A DNA stretch of 64,000 nt, taken from contig CAZVZU010000001.1 in the NCBI GenBank assembly GCA_964631685.1, positions 96,001 to 160,000 on the forward strand. Direction: 5' to 3'. The notes under the pieces were generated by a model. The model was not told the DNA's origin and searched no databases. It saw only the letters and a program-made list of their open reading frames with translations. The DNA comes from an uncultured Actinomycetes bacterium (lineage in GTDB: Bacteria > SZUA-79 > Acidulodesulfobacterales > Acidulodesulfobacteraceae). The translations under genes were made by a program, and so were the position numbers. Positions 9,870 to 19,905 of this stretch are shown here, one piece after another; position 1 is the first letter of the stretch; the number at the start of each line of letters is the position of its first letter.

Positions 9870-10601
9870 ATGTTTAAAAAAATTTGTATAAATCTCATCT
9901 TTATTTTTATTATCTTGGGACTATCCGTAGTCGGATCAGGGAGAAATTCTTATGCGGACGGTTCTCATGCGAGATATGTAAAATTAAAAAAATTGGTAAT
10001 AAACTCTTATTTAAAGGGTATACCGCTAAAATTTAAAAAGTATTTTCATTTTAGTAATTTTAGATTCTCAGGTCAATTTAAGGATGCTCTTGGTTACTCT
10101 ATGGAGCCGGTAATGCATAGTCTGGGATTCGCAGGATATGATACGGCAGTAATTAAATTAATAGACAAAAACAATGGTTCTATCAAGGGGATTGCTTATG
10201 CTGCATTTAAAGTGAGAATTTATGTTCCATTGGCCGTCGCATCTCGAACAATTGGGAAATTTCAAATAATAAGGACTAATGATATTAAAATTGCTTATGC
10301 GGATGTTTCTAATATAAATGCTGGATACTACCTAACTAAAAGAGATGTCGTAGGTAAAGAGGCAAAATTTAATATCATTCAAGATTCTGTTCTGTCCAAA
10401 ATAAATACTGAGCGGAAAAGAATAATAAACTTTGGCAATATGGTCAATATTGTTTATGAAGGGGATGGATTAAGCTTAAAAGTTAAGGGAATGGCACTTC
10501 AGTCGGGTTGTTATAACTCGGTTATACGGGTTAAAAATACGGAATCTGGTTTGGTCGTAAACGGGATAGTTAAATCCAATAAAACGGTGATAGTCAAGTG
10601 A
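9870..10601 (+). CDS. flgA: P-ring chaperone FlgA
   Basis: Signal peptide, SAF-like region, GMALQSG..IRVKNTESG; synteny. Confidence 0.88.
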   Translation: MFKKICINLIFIFIILGLSVVGSGRNSYADGSHARYVKLKKLVINSYLKGIPLKFKKYFHFSNFRFSGQFKDALGYSMEPVMHSLGFAGYDTAVIKLIDKNNGSIKGIAYAAFKVRIYVPLAVASRTIGKFQIIRTNDIKIAYADVSNINAGYYLTKRDVVGKEAKFNIIQDSVLSKINTERKRIINFGNMVNIVYEGDGLSLKVKGMALQSGCYNSVIRVKNTESGLVVNGIVKSNKTVIVK

Positions 10602-11293
10602 TAAAAATATATAAAAAATGGTTGTTTTTATTTTTAATATTTTTTGTGTCAGCACTTTCTTTAAGCGGGTGTGGTGGCGGTTTGAATCCACCTAAATCTA
10701 TGATACCTCCAACCTATGTAAAACCTAGCGTAAAAAACGGTGGCATCAAAAGTAAGCCTGCCTTAGGTTCCTTATGGAGCGGTTCGCAACATGGAATAAA
10801 CCTGTATTCTGATAACGTTGCGTACAAACTTAACGACATAGTTACTGTGATAGTAAATAATCAGACTAGTGCGCAGAATTCTTCAGGGACGATTCTATCA
10901 AAAAATTCTTCGGGCGGGGGGAGCGTTGCTTTCGGCAGTCTTTCAACGTCTAAACCCACGGGTTATAAGGGATCGAATATTGAGAGCTTTAACGGTGGCG
11001 GAAAAGTGACCGAGAGTGGAAAAATATCTACTATGATAGAGACTCAGGTCGACAAGGTTTTTCCAAATGGAAATTTAGAGATTAAGGGTGAAAGAAAAAT
11101 TTTCGTCAACGGTGAAACAAGAGATATTTTAGTCACAGGCATTATTAGATCGGCGGATATTTCCTCAGATAATACTATTCTTTCCAGCCAAATTGCCGAC
11201 CCTAGAATTTGGATAAACGGTAAGGGTCCGGTAGAATGGCAACAAGGACAGGGTTGGCTTTATCGTCTAATGAATTTTATATGGCCATTTTAA
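10598..11293 (+). CDS. flgH: L-ring lipoprotein FlgH
   Basis: Lipobox LSGC, PNGNLEIKG, GWL..WPF. Confidence 0.95.
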   Translation: MIKIYKKWLFLFLIFFVSALSLSGCGGGLNPPKSMIPPTYVKPSVKNGGIKSKPALGSLWSGSQHGINLYSDNVAYKLNDIVTVIVNNQTSAQNSSGTILSKNSSGGGSVAFGSLSTSKPTGYKGSNIESFNGGGKVTESGKISTMIETQVDKVFPNGNLEIKGERKIFVNGETRDILVTGIIRSADISSDNTILSSQIADPRIWINGKGPVEWQQGQGWLYRLMNFIWPF

Positions 11294-11318
11294 TCTAAAA
11301 TATAGAAAACAAAATAAG

Positions 11319-12377
11319 ATGAAAAAAAATATATTTTTAACAATTACACTATTTTTATTAAGTATGTTCGTTATAAGTATGACCCCAAGTTTATCCCGTG
11401 CGGCTAAAATAGGCGATATCACCTCTATTTACGGGGCAATGAGTAATCCTATTGTAGGCTACGGTCTCGTTGTTGGGCTTGACGGGACAGGGGATCAATG
11501 GGGTGTCAATGTAACACAGCAAAGTATCGCAAATATGCTATCAAAATTGGGTATTAGCATTGGACAAACTTCTCTTTATACTATAAGAGATGCCGCAGCG
11601 GTTATGGTTACTGCAGAACTCCCGCCGTTCGCCGTTCCTGGACAGAAAATCAATGTTACGGTTGGCTCAATCGGCAATGCAACAAGCCTTCAGGGCGGTG
11701 TTTTACTTATGACTGCATTAAAAGGACCGAATGGTCAGGTGTATGCATTGGCGCAAGGAAGCATATCTACCGGTGGGAATGTCTCAACCGATAATGTCAT
11801 GCCTCTTCCGGGATATATTCCTGTGTCTCAAAATTTTCAAACATCCGGCATTATAGATAATGGCGGCATAGTTGAAAAAGGGGTTTCAATCGGGTTGAAC
11901 TCGTTTAACTCAATAAGATTAATACTTAAAAATCCAGGGTTTACCACAGCATCAAGAATAGCATCCGCTATAAATGTAAAATTTGGAAAAGGTATATCTA
12001 AATCGTTAAATTCAACTCAAGTGTCCGTTAAAGTTCCGGTTCCATATAAGGGTAATGTTGCAGAGTTTATAGCGCTTATTAATGCTGTTAGTGTAAAGAC
12101 GCATTCAAAGGCTATCGTGGTTATCAATGAACGTTCGGGGACCGTCGTAATGGGCGGTAATATAGTAATAAATCCTGTAGCAATATCTAATAGGAATATA
12201 ACACTTAAAATTAACAAGAAAATAGTTCCTCATGCATTTTTCTTAAAAAAGGGACTAACTGTTATCCAGCTTGTTAAGGCCTTAAATGCAGTTGGAGCTT
12301 CGACTTCTAGTATAATATCTATATTGGAATCCATTAAGGCTGCAGGAGCCCTTTCGGCAAAGCTTAAGATTATGTGA
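11319..12377 (+). CDS. flgI: P-ring protein FlgI
   Basis: GYGLVVGLDGTGD, SLQGGVLL, INERSGTVV. Confidence 0.96.
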   Translation: MKKNIFLTITLFLLSMFVISMTPSLSRAAKIGDITSIYGAMSNPIVGYGLVVGLDGTGDQWGVNVTQQSIANMLSKLGISIGQTSLYTIRDAAAVMVTAELPPFAVPGQKINVTVGSIGNATSLQGGVLLMTALKGPNGQVYALAQGSISTGGNVSTDNVMPLPGYIPVSQNFQTSGIIDNGGIVEKGVSIGLNSFNSIRLILKNPGFTTASRIASAINVKFGKGISKSLNSTQVSVKVPVPYKGNVAEFIALINAVSVKTHSKAIVVINERSGTVVMGGNIVINPVAISNRNITLKINKKIVPHAFFLKKGLTVIQLVKALNAVGASTSSIISILESIKAAGALSAKLKIM

Positions 12378-12391
12378 TGAATGCAAAATAT

Positions 12392-12419
12392 TAAAGATTT
12401 TACTTGAAAGTGTCGATTG
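12392..12419 (+). promoter_or_regulatory. sigma28 (FliA) promoter of flgMNKL
   Basis: TAAA-N16-GTCGAT upstream of flgM. Confidence 0.65.
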
Positions 12420-12487
12420 TTATACGGGTGGTTGTGCCTTTTTAATTTGTTACCTAATAATATAAAAATAAAAAGAAGGTCAAGCGT

Positions 12488-12772
12488 ATGACAATTCAAA
12501 TTACAAATATCTCCTCTGCTATTAATGATGTACCTGAAAATAATAGCAATAAGGCGATAGAGTCAGGTTTAAAAACGAGGGAAACCGCAGGGGATGAGGT
12601 CAATATATCCGATGGGGCTAGCTTTATTAGTGATTTAAAAATTTCCATAGATAAGGCGACATCGCCTTCAAAACTTGACAATATTAAAGCACAAATTGCT
12701 TCCGGTAGTTATGCTGATAGTTCCAAAATAGCAGAGGGGTTGCTTAAGAACTTAAATATAACCGGTGAATAA
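12488..12772 (+). CDS. flgM: Anti-sigma28 factor FlgM
   Basis: DEVNIS, KLDNIKAQIASGSY..KIAE. Confidence 0.88.
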   Translation: MTIQITNISSAINDVPENNSNKAIESGLKTRETAGDEVNISDGASFISDLKISIDKATSPSKLDNIKAQIASGSYADSSKIAEGLLKNLNITGE

Positions 12773-13253
12773 GCAGAATGACCATATGAAGACTACAACG
12801 AAAGATAAAAAACATTTCAGGGAGTTACTGGGGGTTGTTTTAAGCTTAAAAAAAGAGCTTGAAAATGCCTATTTGGTTCTAAAATCCAGTATTAATCCTG
12901 CACAAGATGTTCAGTTTTTCGATAGCAAGAGAAGGGTTTTAAGCGAATTAGTAAAAAGATTAGAATCTTTCAGTAAGACTTATGATACAGAGGAAAACGA
13001 CGCTGTTAGGGCAAATGAAGAAAAAGAAATTGAAGACATGAGGAAGGAAATAAGGGCCGGGATATTAGAAATAGTCAATATTAATAGTGCGTTTTCAGGT
13101 TTAATTAAAAAGAATATGCATTATAACCAGCTTACAATTTCTTTTATCACCGATATATTCAATAAAAATTCTGTTTATAACAAAGGTGGCGAGACAGGTT
13201 CTAGTTCTTCTCCGTTAAAAAGTGTCTTAATAGGGTCGGGTCTCAGAATTTAA
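12765..13253 (+). CDS. flgN: Flagellar export chaperone FlgN-like
   Basis: Helical protein between flgM and flgK with the typical N..N..Y...G C-terminal pattern. Confidence 0.65.
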   Translation: MNKQNDHMKTTTKDKKHFRELLGVVLSLKKELENAYLVLKSSINPAQDVQFFDSKRRVLSELVKRLESFSKTYDTEENDAVRANEEKEIEDMRKEIRAGILEIVNINSAFSGLIKKNMHYNQLTISFITDIFNKNSVYNKGGETGSSSSPLKSVLIGSGLRI

Positions 13254-13276
13254 TTTAACAAACAAGGCGACTAAAA

Positions 13277-15388
13277 GTGATTACGATAAATAATATATTT
13301 GATATAGCCGATTCTGCTATGAATGCAAACCAGGCGGCTATGAATACGGTAGGTCAAAATGTTGCCAATGTCAATACACCTTTTTACAACAATGAGACTG
13401 CTGTTATGTCCGAAGCTCCGCCTGTTGTGGGAGCGCCTTATACCTATGGAACCGGAGTTAACGTAAATCAGATTCAAAGAAGTACTAATTCTTTCGTCCA
13501 GTCCGAGGTTAATAATGAGACAACTAATCATAGCTATTATACGACGTTATATCGGGGTTTAAATCAGATTCAAAATCTTTTTAACGATCAGTCCGGTTCG
13601 GGCTTTAGTTCTGCTATCTCAAAATTTTTTAATGATTTTCAAAATGTTTCAAATAATCCGTCCGATACAGCTCAAAGAACGGCGCTTGTTTCCGACGCAA
13701 GGTCCTTGGCGGGTGATATAAATAACGCTTACGATGTTATAGAAAATGTAGTTTCTTCGACAAATACGTCTATAAATGGTGTTGTACCGGAAATAAATAA
13801 TCTATCGTCTCAAATTGCCTCGCTTAACAAACAGGTTACCTATTCGCAAAATGCGGGTGGCAATGCTAATGAATTGCGAGATGAAAGGGCGAATGCAGTA
13901 AATAAACTTTCCAAACTGATTAATATTTCCTATTATGAAAATAATAACGGGAAAATCAATATATCTGTTGGTAATGCACCTCTAGTGGCGAGCGACTCGT
14001 CATTTAGTCTATCAACTAAGATCAACAGCACGAATGTCAATTCCCTAAATATTATGCTTAACGAGCCAAGTGGTTCGGCGCAAAATATTACCAAAAATAT
14101 CAACGGTGGTAGCCTCGGTGCTTATATTAATATTGAATATACTGCTGTACCATCTTTTACAAATAAACTCAATTCACTATCAGCTGCGATAAGTGATAAT
14201 GTTAATTCTCTTCAATACAATGGTTATGGGATTGACGGTTCAACGGGAAATTATTTTTTTAGTCCGAATTTGACGGCTTCAGCTTCTGCTACTGTCACAG
14301 ACGCAACGATTAATACGGGATATATCATGGATCCCTCCAAGCTTACAGGGGATAAATACTCTATCAATACATCAGGCAGTGGCGTTTTTACCGTTACGGA
14401 CAACACAACGGGGCAAAATATTATAAATAGTCAAACCATTATACCTACTACCAACAAATACGGTCAAAAGGTTTATGCTTTAAACTTTGACGGCGTATCC
14501 GTTAACATTACCGGAACGTCAACTGCAGGGGTTGCCCCGGCAAACGGAGATACTTTTACTGTTAATCAGTTGACAACTGCTCCCGCTTTTACTATGGCTG
14601 TTAATCCAAATCTATCAACCCCTCAGGTAGCGGCAGCTTCTGCTATTACAGCAGCCGTTAATCCGAGCAATACTGGCAATGTTACGATAAGTAGCGGTGT
14701 GGTTATAAACCCTACGGAATATACGAACGGAACTTATATCTCCGCTAGTAATAAGGGAGGAAAGTATACTATTACATACATAGGTCCCGGAGTTACCGGC
14801 ACAAGTGATTTTACCGTTACAAATAATACTACAAATAAAACGCAGACAATAAATAATATTCCCATTGTAACCGATGCAGCGGGGCAATCTGAATACTCAA
14901 TTTCTTTTGGTAATCAAAATTTCACGGGGACATCAGGGAACCAAGCTCAGAACTTTAATGTCAAGCTCACGGGAACGCCCTCGAACGGTGATTCATTTAC
15001 CGTAAATGTTTTATCTCCTCAGTCAACGGGTTTAAGCTTTGCCCAGATGAATTCCATTGGACTCGGTGGCAACAATGAAAATGCATTGAATCTTGCGTCG
15101 CTCCAAAATAATAATATGCATATTAATGAGACATACACAACTATTTCAACCTATTATTCCGGTATTGTTTCAAATATAGGCACCCAGGCACAGAGTGCAA
15201 ATACCAATTATACAAACTCAAGTTCAGTTCTTACCAATTTACAGAATCAATTATCATCTTCAGTTGGTGTGAATATGAATGAACAAATGACGAAATTGGT
15301 TAATTATCAAAATTCTTATCAGGCGGCGGCGGCCATAACACATTCTGTGGAGGCTATTATGACGGCGCTTTTAAGTATCGTTCCGTAG
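13277..15388 (+). CDS. flgK: Hook-associated protein FlgK
   Basis: NVANVNTPFY, NELRDER, GVNMNEQM..YQNSYQAAA. Confidence 0.95.
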   Translation: MITINNIFDIADSAMNANQAAMNTVGQNVANVNTPFYNNETAVMSEAPPVVGAPYTYGTGVNVNQIQRSTNSFVQSEVNNETTNHSYYTTLYRGLNQIQNLFNDQSGSGFSSAISKFFNDFQNVSNNPSDTAQRTALVSDARSLAGDINNAYDVIENVVSSTNTSINGVVPEINNLSSQIASLNKQVTYSQNAGGNANELRDERANAVNKLSKLINISYYENNNGKINISVGNAPLVASDSSFSLSTKINSTNVNSLNIMLNEPSGSAQNITKNINGGSLGAYINIEYTAVPSFTNKLNSLSAAISDNVNSLQYNGYGIDGSTGNYFFSPNLTASASATVTDATINTGYIMDPSKLTGDKYSINTSGSGVFTVTDNTTGQNIINSQTIIPTTNKYGQKVYALNFDGVSVNITGTSTAGVAPANGDTFTVNQLTTAPAFTMAVNPNLSTPQVAAASAITAAVNPSNTGNVTISSGVVINPTEYTNGTYISASNKGGKYTITYIGPGVTGTSDFTVTNNTTNKTQTINNIPIVTDAAGQSEYSISFGNQNFTGTSGNQAQNFNVKLTGTPSNGDSFTVNVLSPQSTGLSFAQMNSIGLGGNNENALNLASLQNNNMHINETYTTISTYYSGIVSNIGTQAQSANTNYTNSSSVLTNLQNQLSSSVGVNMNEQMTKLVNYQNSYQAAAAITHSVEAIMTALLSIVP

Positions 15389-15411
15389 AAGTAATAAGGA
15401 GAATATATAAA

Positions 15412-16395
15412 ATGATTCAGATAACAGATAGTATGCTGTATAACACTATTAATAATGAATTGCTTGATAAATCTACGCAGGTTTATAAATTACAGGGTGA
15501 GATTTCGAGCGGTTTGCGGATTAATTATCCGCAGGATGATCCGGCCGGTATAGTTAATGTCTTGTCCTATAAACATAGTGTTGCACTTGTCAAACAGTAT
15601 AGCTCCAATGTTAATCTTGCCAACGAGGTTGCTTCTTTGGCATCATCAACTTTAAATAGCACCATCAATGTTACCAATAATGCGAGCACATTGGCAATAG
15701 AGATGGCAAACGGCAGTGTTTCCACTATTAATAATTCCGCCGCTGCACAAGGCGTAACGCAAATGATTAACGAGCTTCTGCAGTCTGCTAATACATCTTA
15801 CAACGGACAGAATGTTTTTACGGGAGACAATATTGCTCAGGCTTCTGCTTATACCGAAACACAGGCTTCTTACAATGTCGTTTCGCCTAATGGGGCAAGT
15901 ACGACAGTAAAATACACTGTTTATACCTATTCAGGTACGGATGTGAACCGTAAATATCAGATTGCTAAAAATGGTTTCGTGGCCCCGTCACCCACGGCAG
16001 ATAATATATTTGGCAACGATTCTGCTTCGGCAAGTTCAACAAATATTCAAAAGCCGACAGGTTTAATATCCGTGCTTTCACTTTTTAAATCTGAACTTAG
16101 CGCTGGTGTCTATCAGAGCGATTCCTCAAATATAATTGGAGAAATTAAAAAGGGACTAAGTCGAATATTATCTGCTCAGTCAACCATAGGGACAGTAATG
16201 CAGAGGTTGAATGCGCAATCTACAAGTTATCAAACTGTTTTATCTAATATTTCCCAATTGCTTGGGCAGACGCAGAATGTTAATATCGCCAAGGCAATGA
16301 TGCATCTCACCCAGACTCAAAACTCGTACCAGGCCACGCTTGAGGCGGCGGCGGGCATCACTCGTTTAACCCCTATATTATTAAAATATCTATAG
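15412..16395 (+). CDS. flgL: Hook-associated protein FlgL
   Basis: ISSGLRINYPQDDP; C-terminal YQATL; follows flgK. Confidence 0.93.
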   Translation: MIQITDSMLYNTINNELLDKSTQVYKLQGEISSGLRINYPQDDPAGIVNVLSYKHSVALVKQYSSNVNLANEVASLASSTLNSTINVTNNASTLAIEMANGSVSTINNSAAAQGVTQMINELLQSANTSYNGQNVFTGDNIAQASAYTETQASYNVVSPNGASTTVKYTVYTYSGTDVNRKYQIAKNGFVAPSPTADNIFGNDSASASSTNIQKPTGLISVLSLFKSELSAGVYQSDSSNIIGEIKKGLSRILSAQSTIGTVMQRLNAQSTSYQTVLSNISQLLGQTQNVNIAKAMMHLTQTQNSYQATLEAAAGITRLTPILLKYL

Positions 16396-16396
16396 C

Positions 16397-16633
16397 ATGC
16401 TTATTCTAACCCGAAAAGTGGGTGAAAGTATAAAAATTGGCGATAATATTACTGTTGAAATTGTCTCTATTAAAGGCGGGACGGTTAAGCTGGGGATGGA
16501 TGCGCCTGCGAATGTAGATATTTTTAGAAAGGAGCTTTACGATTCAATAAGAGAAGAAAATATAAATGCATCTAATCTAAATTCGGGTATAATAGCCAAT
16601 TTAGGCAATGTGTTTAATAAGGACGAAAAGTAA
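16397..16633 (+). CDS. csrA: Carbon storage regulator CsrA
   Basis: MLILTRKVGESIKIGD..FRKELY. Confidence 0.97.
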   Translation: MLILTRKVGESIKIGDNITVEIVSIKGGTVKLGMDAPANVDIFRKELYDSIREENINASNLNSGIIANLGNVFNKDEK

Positions 16634-16674
16634 AAATTTTAATGTATCAATTGATAAATAAGAGGTCTACATAA

Positions 16675-17139
16675 GTGAATAATAACACTGCAACAATTCT
16701 AGTTAAAAGCGTATATTATCCCGAAGGTTTAATGATAGAGGAGTCTAAGGTTATTGAATTTATAAAACCTATTCTTGGCTTTGATATTTTTAAGAAATTC
16801 TGCATTTTAAATATAGACAAGGAAAAGAATTCTCCATTTTTTATTTTGCAGAGTATAGATAATGAAAAGTTATGTTTTATAATAACTAATCCTAACTTCT
16901 TCTTTAAAGATTACAGTGCGCAAATTATGGATGGAGAAAAAAAACTGCTAGACCTCAGAGATAAAAATGATGCGATAATCTTTGTGATAGTTACGCTATC
17001 TTCTGATTTTTTTTCCTCTACGGTAAATTTAAAGGGTCCTATTATTTTAAATACAAAAAATAATAGAGCATTGCAGACAGTTTTAAATACCGATGTATAT
17101 TCTGTGAAGCAGACACTGCCGATTCAAAAAAATGGATAA
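16675..17139 (+). CDS. fliW: Flagellar assembly factor FliW
   Basis: PILGF, LQS, NP..F..DY, TVNLKGPIILN. Confidence 0.93.
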   Translation: MNNNTATILVKSVYYPEGLMIEESKVIEFIKPILGFDIFKKFCILNIDKEKNSPFFILQSIDNEKLCFIITNPNFFFKDYSAQIMDGEKKLLDLRDKNDAIIFVIVTLSSDFFSSTVNLKGPIILNTKNNRALQTVLNTDVYSVKQTLPIQKNG

Positions 17140-17163
17140 TATTAGTTTGGCAACCTTATGCCA

Positions 17164-18168
17164 TTAAGTGCTTTCTCTCTTATCTATAACTATTTTTGAT
17201 CCGGTCTTTTCTTTGGCGGATGCCTTAAGTGCGGAAGCAATTTCGCTAATCTGTCCGTAGTGAGCTATTTTTCTGTTTACATTAGGAATTATAGCTATAG
17301 ATAGACTCATTATTGGAAACTGTCTCAATGTTTTATGCCTGTCGTAGGTCTCTATAAACCCTCTTTCTTTGTCGGTATTATCATAAAATGAGAGTATTAT
17401 CCTGTCAAAATTGTATATAATATCGTTTGATATATCTAAAGCATCATCCTCGTGAGAAATCACAGAGAAATCATCTCCGCCTATGTGTCCGATAAAAACA
17501 TGTTTTTCAATATTTCTTTTACGTGATTTGGATATATCGTAAACCGTTGTTGCAATAAGTCTCGATGTCATCATTATTACCTCATCTCCTCTTATAAATC
17601 CGTACTTGTCATTGTATGATTTAAAATTGTCTATATCTATGTACGAAAAAGAAAAATCTATATCTTCATCTAACTTATGCTTTATAGATTCCATTATCGA
17701 AGAATTTCCCGGTAATTTTGTGAGTGGATTGGCATCAAGGGCAGACTTAGAAGAATATAAAATACTGTTTATTTTATATGAAATTTCACCCGACATAACA
17801 GGCTCTTTAATATAATCCTTCAAATAATATTTTGAATATCGTCCTTCTGACGACCCTATTTCAATATCTTTAAAATTAAAATTGGATGGTAATATAAAAA
17901 GTATAGGAATGTTGCTGAGCATACTGTCAAGTTGCATATCATTTACTAATTTAAGCTGAGTTTTGTAAGAATCAGGCTCCCTAAAAAGGTCCTTCATTAC
18001 GATTAATATCAACTGTGGTGGTGAAGCATATACAGAATAATACGCTTGATTAAAAGACTCAAATATTTTAAAGCTACACTCTTTAAGTTCGGCAGGAATG
18101 ATTTTATTGTAAATAGAGCCTTTGTCGGCAACGAGAAAAATTTTCCTATCATTTTTTTTCGTATTCAC
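17164..18168 (-). CDS. Diguanylate cyclase (degenerate REC + GGDEF, GGDDF variant)
   Basis: NPLTKLPGN, DIDNFKSYNDKYG, GHIGGDDF. Confidence 0.9.
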   Translation of the reverse strand: MNTKKNDRKIFLVADKGSIYNKIIPAELKECSFKIFESFNQAYYSVYASPPQLILIVMKDLFREPDSYKTQLKLVNDMQLDSMLSNIPILFILPSNFNFKDIEIGSSEGRYSKYYLKDYIKEPVMSGEISYKINSILYSSKSALDANPLTKLPGNSSIMESIKHKLDEDIDFSFSYIDIDNFKSYNDKYGFIRGDEVIMMTSRLIATTVYDISKSRKRNIEKHVFIGHIGGDDFSVISHEDDALDISNDIIYNFDRIILSFYDNTDKERGFIETYDRHKTLRQFPIMSLSIAIIPNVNRKIAHYGQISEIASALKASAKEKTGSKIVIDKREST

Positions 18169-18185
18169 GTAATTTTAAGCTCCGA

Positions 18186-19085
18186 TTAATTAAAAATATA
18201 CGACTCTTCTTTGAACAGATATATATTTTCAATTATGTTTTTTATAAATTTTATGTCTATATCCAAAATTTCCATTGTTTTATCGTTAAGTTTTTCAATG
18301 TAAGGGCTTCCGGAAAATCCTATGCCTAATGATTTTGTTAGAAAATCGGCAAGATTTACTATTGCATTCTCTATTTTGAAATCGTCAGCCGATGCCAAGT
18401 TATGATGATATCTTATAGGAATATATATCGAAGGTGGTAAACGCCACTTTTTGACCAAGACGTAACCTAGGTAATCATGAGAAGTATTCAAGATTTCATG
18501 CTCTATATCTACTAATAATTTATTATCACATTTAGCAGTTTCCACAATTTTTTCAAAATCATCCTTAAAGGTCGTCGCTATAACGACCTTTCCGATGTCA
18601 TGTAATAGAGCAGCGGAAAAAACCATATCTTCGTCCACAATATATTTTTTATTATTCTCTGCTAAAAGCAGGCGACCCTTCTCCCTGTTTAAAATTCCCG
18701 CTATATACTTGGCGGTGAAGGCACAAAAAATACTATGTTCCCATAATCCCTCCATGGACTCCTTCATTGCTGTAAATATTGATGCGGAAATTACTATACT
18801 TTTTAAAACATTAACGCCTAGTAGAACAATAGCATGATTTAAATTGTATATTCTTTGGGAAAATCCGTAAAAAGGGGAGTTTACTATAGTTAAGATACGA
18901 GCGGAAAGACCTAAATCCTTCGTCATTAATTCTCCGATATGCTTCACGGAAAAACTGTCATCTTTCATTAACTCCGTAATTTTGTTCACAATATTTTGTA
19001 TTGTGGGTATGTCGTCGGTTTTTTTAACGGTTGATATCAGTTTATCTAATCTATCGATATTTTTTTGTTCATATTCAGTTTTCAT
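18186..19085 (-). CDS. HDOD domain protein
   Basis: D..LSARIL..VNSPFYG, WEHS, LLHDIGK, W.LP..IRYHH. Confidence 0.93.
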   Translation of the reverse strand: MKTEYEQKNIDRLDKLISTVKKTDDIPTIQNIVNKITELMKDDSFSVKHIGELMTKDLGLSARILTIVNSPFYGFSQRIYNLNHAIVLLGVNVLKSIVISASIFTAMKESMEGLWEHSIFCAFTAKYIAGILNREKGRLLLAENNKKYIVDEDMVFSAALLHDIGKVVIATTFKDDFEKIVETAKCDNKLLVDIEHEILNTSHDYLGYVLVKKWRLPPSIYIPIRYHHNLASADDFKIENAIVNLADFLTKSLGIGFSGSPYIEKLNDKTMEILDIDIKFIKNIIENIYLFKEESYIFN

Positions 19086-19429
19086 AGATGTTCTGCCTGT
19101 TCTATCACAACGTTTTTTATAACTTCCTTGATTTCATCCATCAATTTATTCCCATTGACCCGCTCAAATCTTTTTTCCAATGAGGCAATTTCCTTTTCGA
19201 TGTATTCTTTATTTCTTGCGATATCGTTATCGCCTGCCCCCCCATCCTTTTCAATAAATATAAAGTTTCCGTCCATTTCTTCCGCTGCAAACTTTATATT
19301 TTTAATTTTGTCCACGAGTTTCTCATTTAAAACCGTTCCTTTTTTCAGTATTAGCATGCCTTTGCCAGAAAGAATATCTCTTGCTAAAACATCCCCGATT
19401 TTTAATTTAGAAGGTACTGTTTTCTTCAT
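19082..19429 (-). CDS. Small protein resembling the N-terminal module of HD-GYP proteins
   Basis: LKIGDVLARDI..G.LIL.KGTVL motif; overlaps the HDOD start. Confidence 0.65.
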   Translation of the reverse strand: MKKTVPSKLKIGDVLARDILSGKGMLILKKGTVLNEKLVDKIKNIKFAAEEMDGNFIFIEKDGGAGDNDIARNKEYIEKEIASLEKRFERVNGNKLMDEIKEVIKNVVIEQAEHL

Positions 19430-19530
19430 ATAATAAAAAATGACATACAGCGTATAAAATTATAATTACTTGAATTGTATTTTGATTTATTGTAATATAT
19501 ATCCGTAATAAAGTAAAATTATATTTTGAC

Positions 19531-19902
19531 GTGTACTGGTGTTTTTATATGAATTGCGCAGATCATTCCATCGATTTAAAGATTAGAATTGCGAATAAAA
19601 TTTTTATCATAAATAAATATATATTGCTCATGCTTGTTGAGAAGAGAGAGAATATTAGCGACATCTCTCATATATTCGATCGGAAGCTTTTGCTGACTAA
19701 TATATTTATGAGAGTAACTATTGATTCCGCTAATGATAAGGTGGCTATTCTTAAAAAAAAACTTACTGAAATAACGGTGCTTGAAAAGTCCATTCTGGAT
19801 ATTTTAATGACGAGAAAAGAAGAAGCCGGTGAGAAGATTAGTTTTTTTCAAAGAATTAATGTTGCAATTAAGGCATATAAATCTAATAATTTAATAAAAT
19901 GA
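19531..19902 (+). CDS. Hypothetical helical protein (FliT/FlgN-like chaperone?); start may be ATG 19549
   Basis: ORF; coiled-coil character; ends AIKAY. Confidence 0.5.
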   Translation: MYWCFYMNCADHSIDLKIRIANKIFIINKYILLMLVEKRENISDISHIFDRKLLLTNIFMRVTIDSANDKVAILKKKLTEITVLEKSILDILMTRKEEAGEKISFFQRINVAIKAYKSNNLIK

Positions 19903-19905
19903 AGA

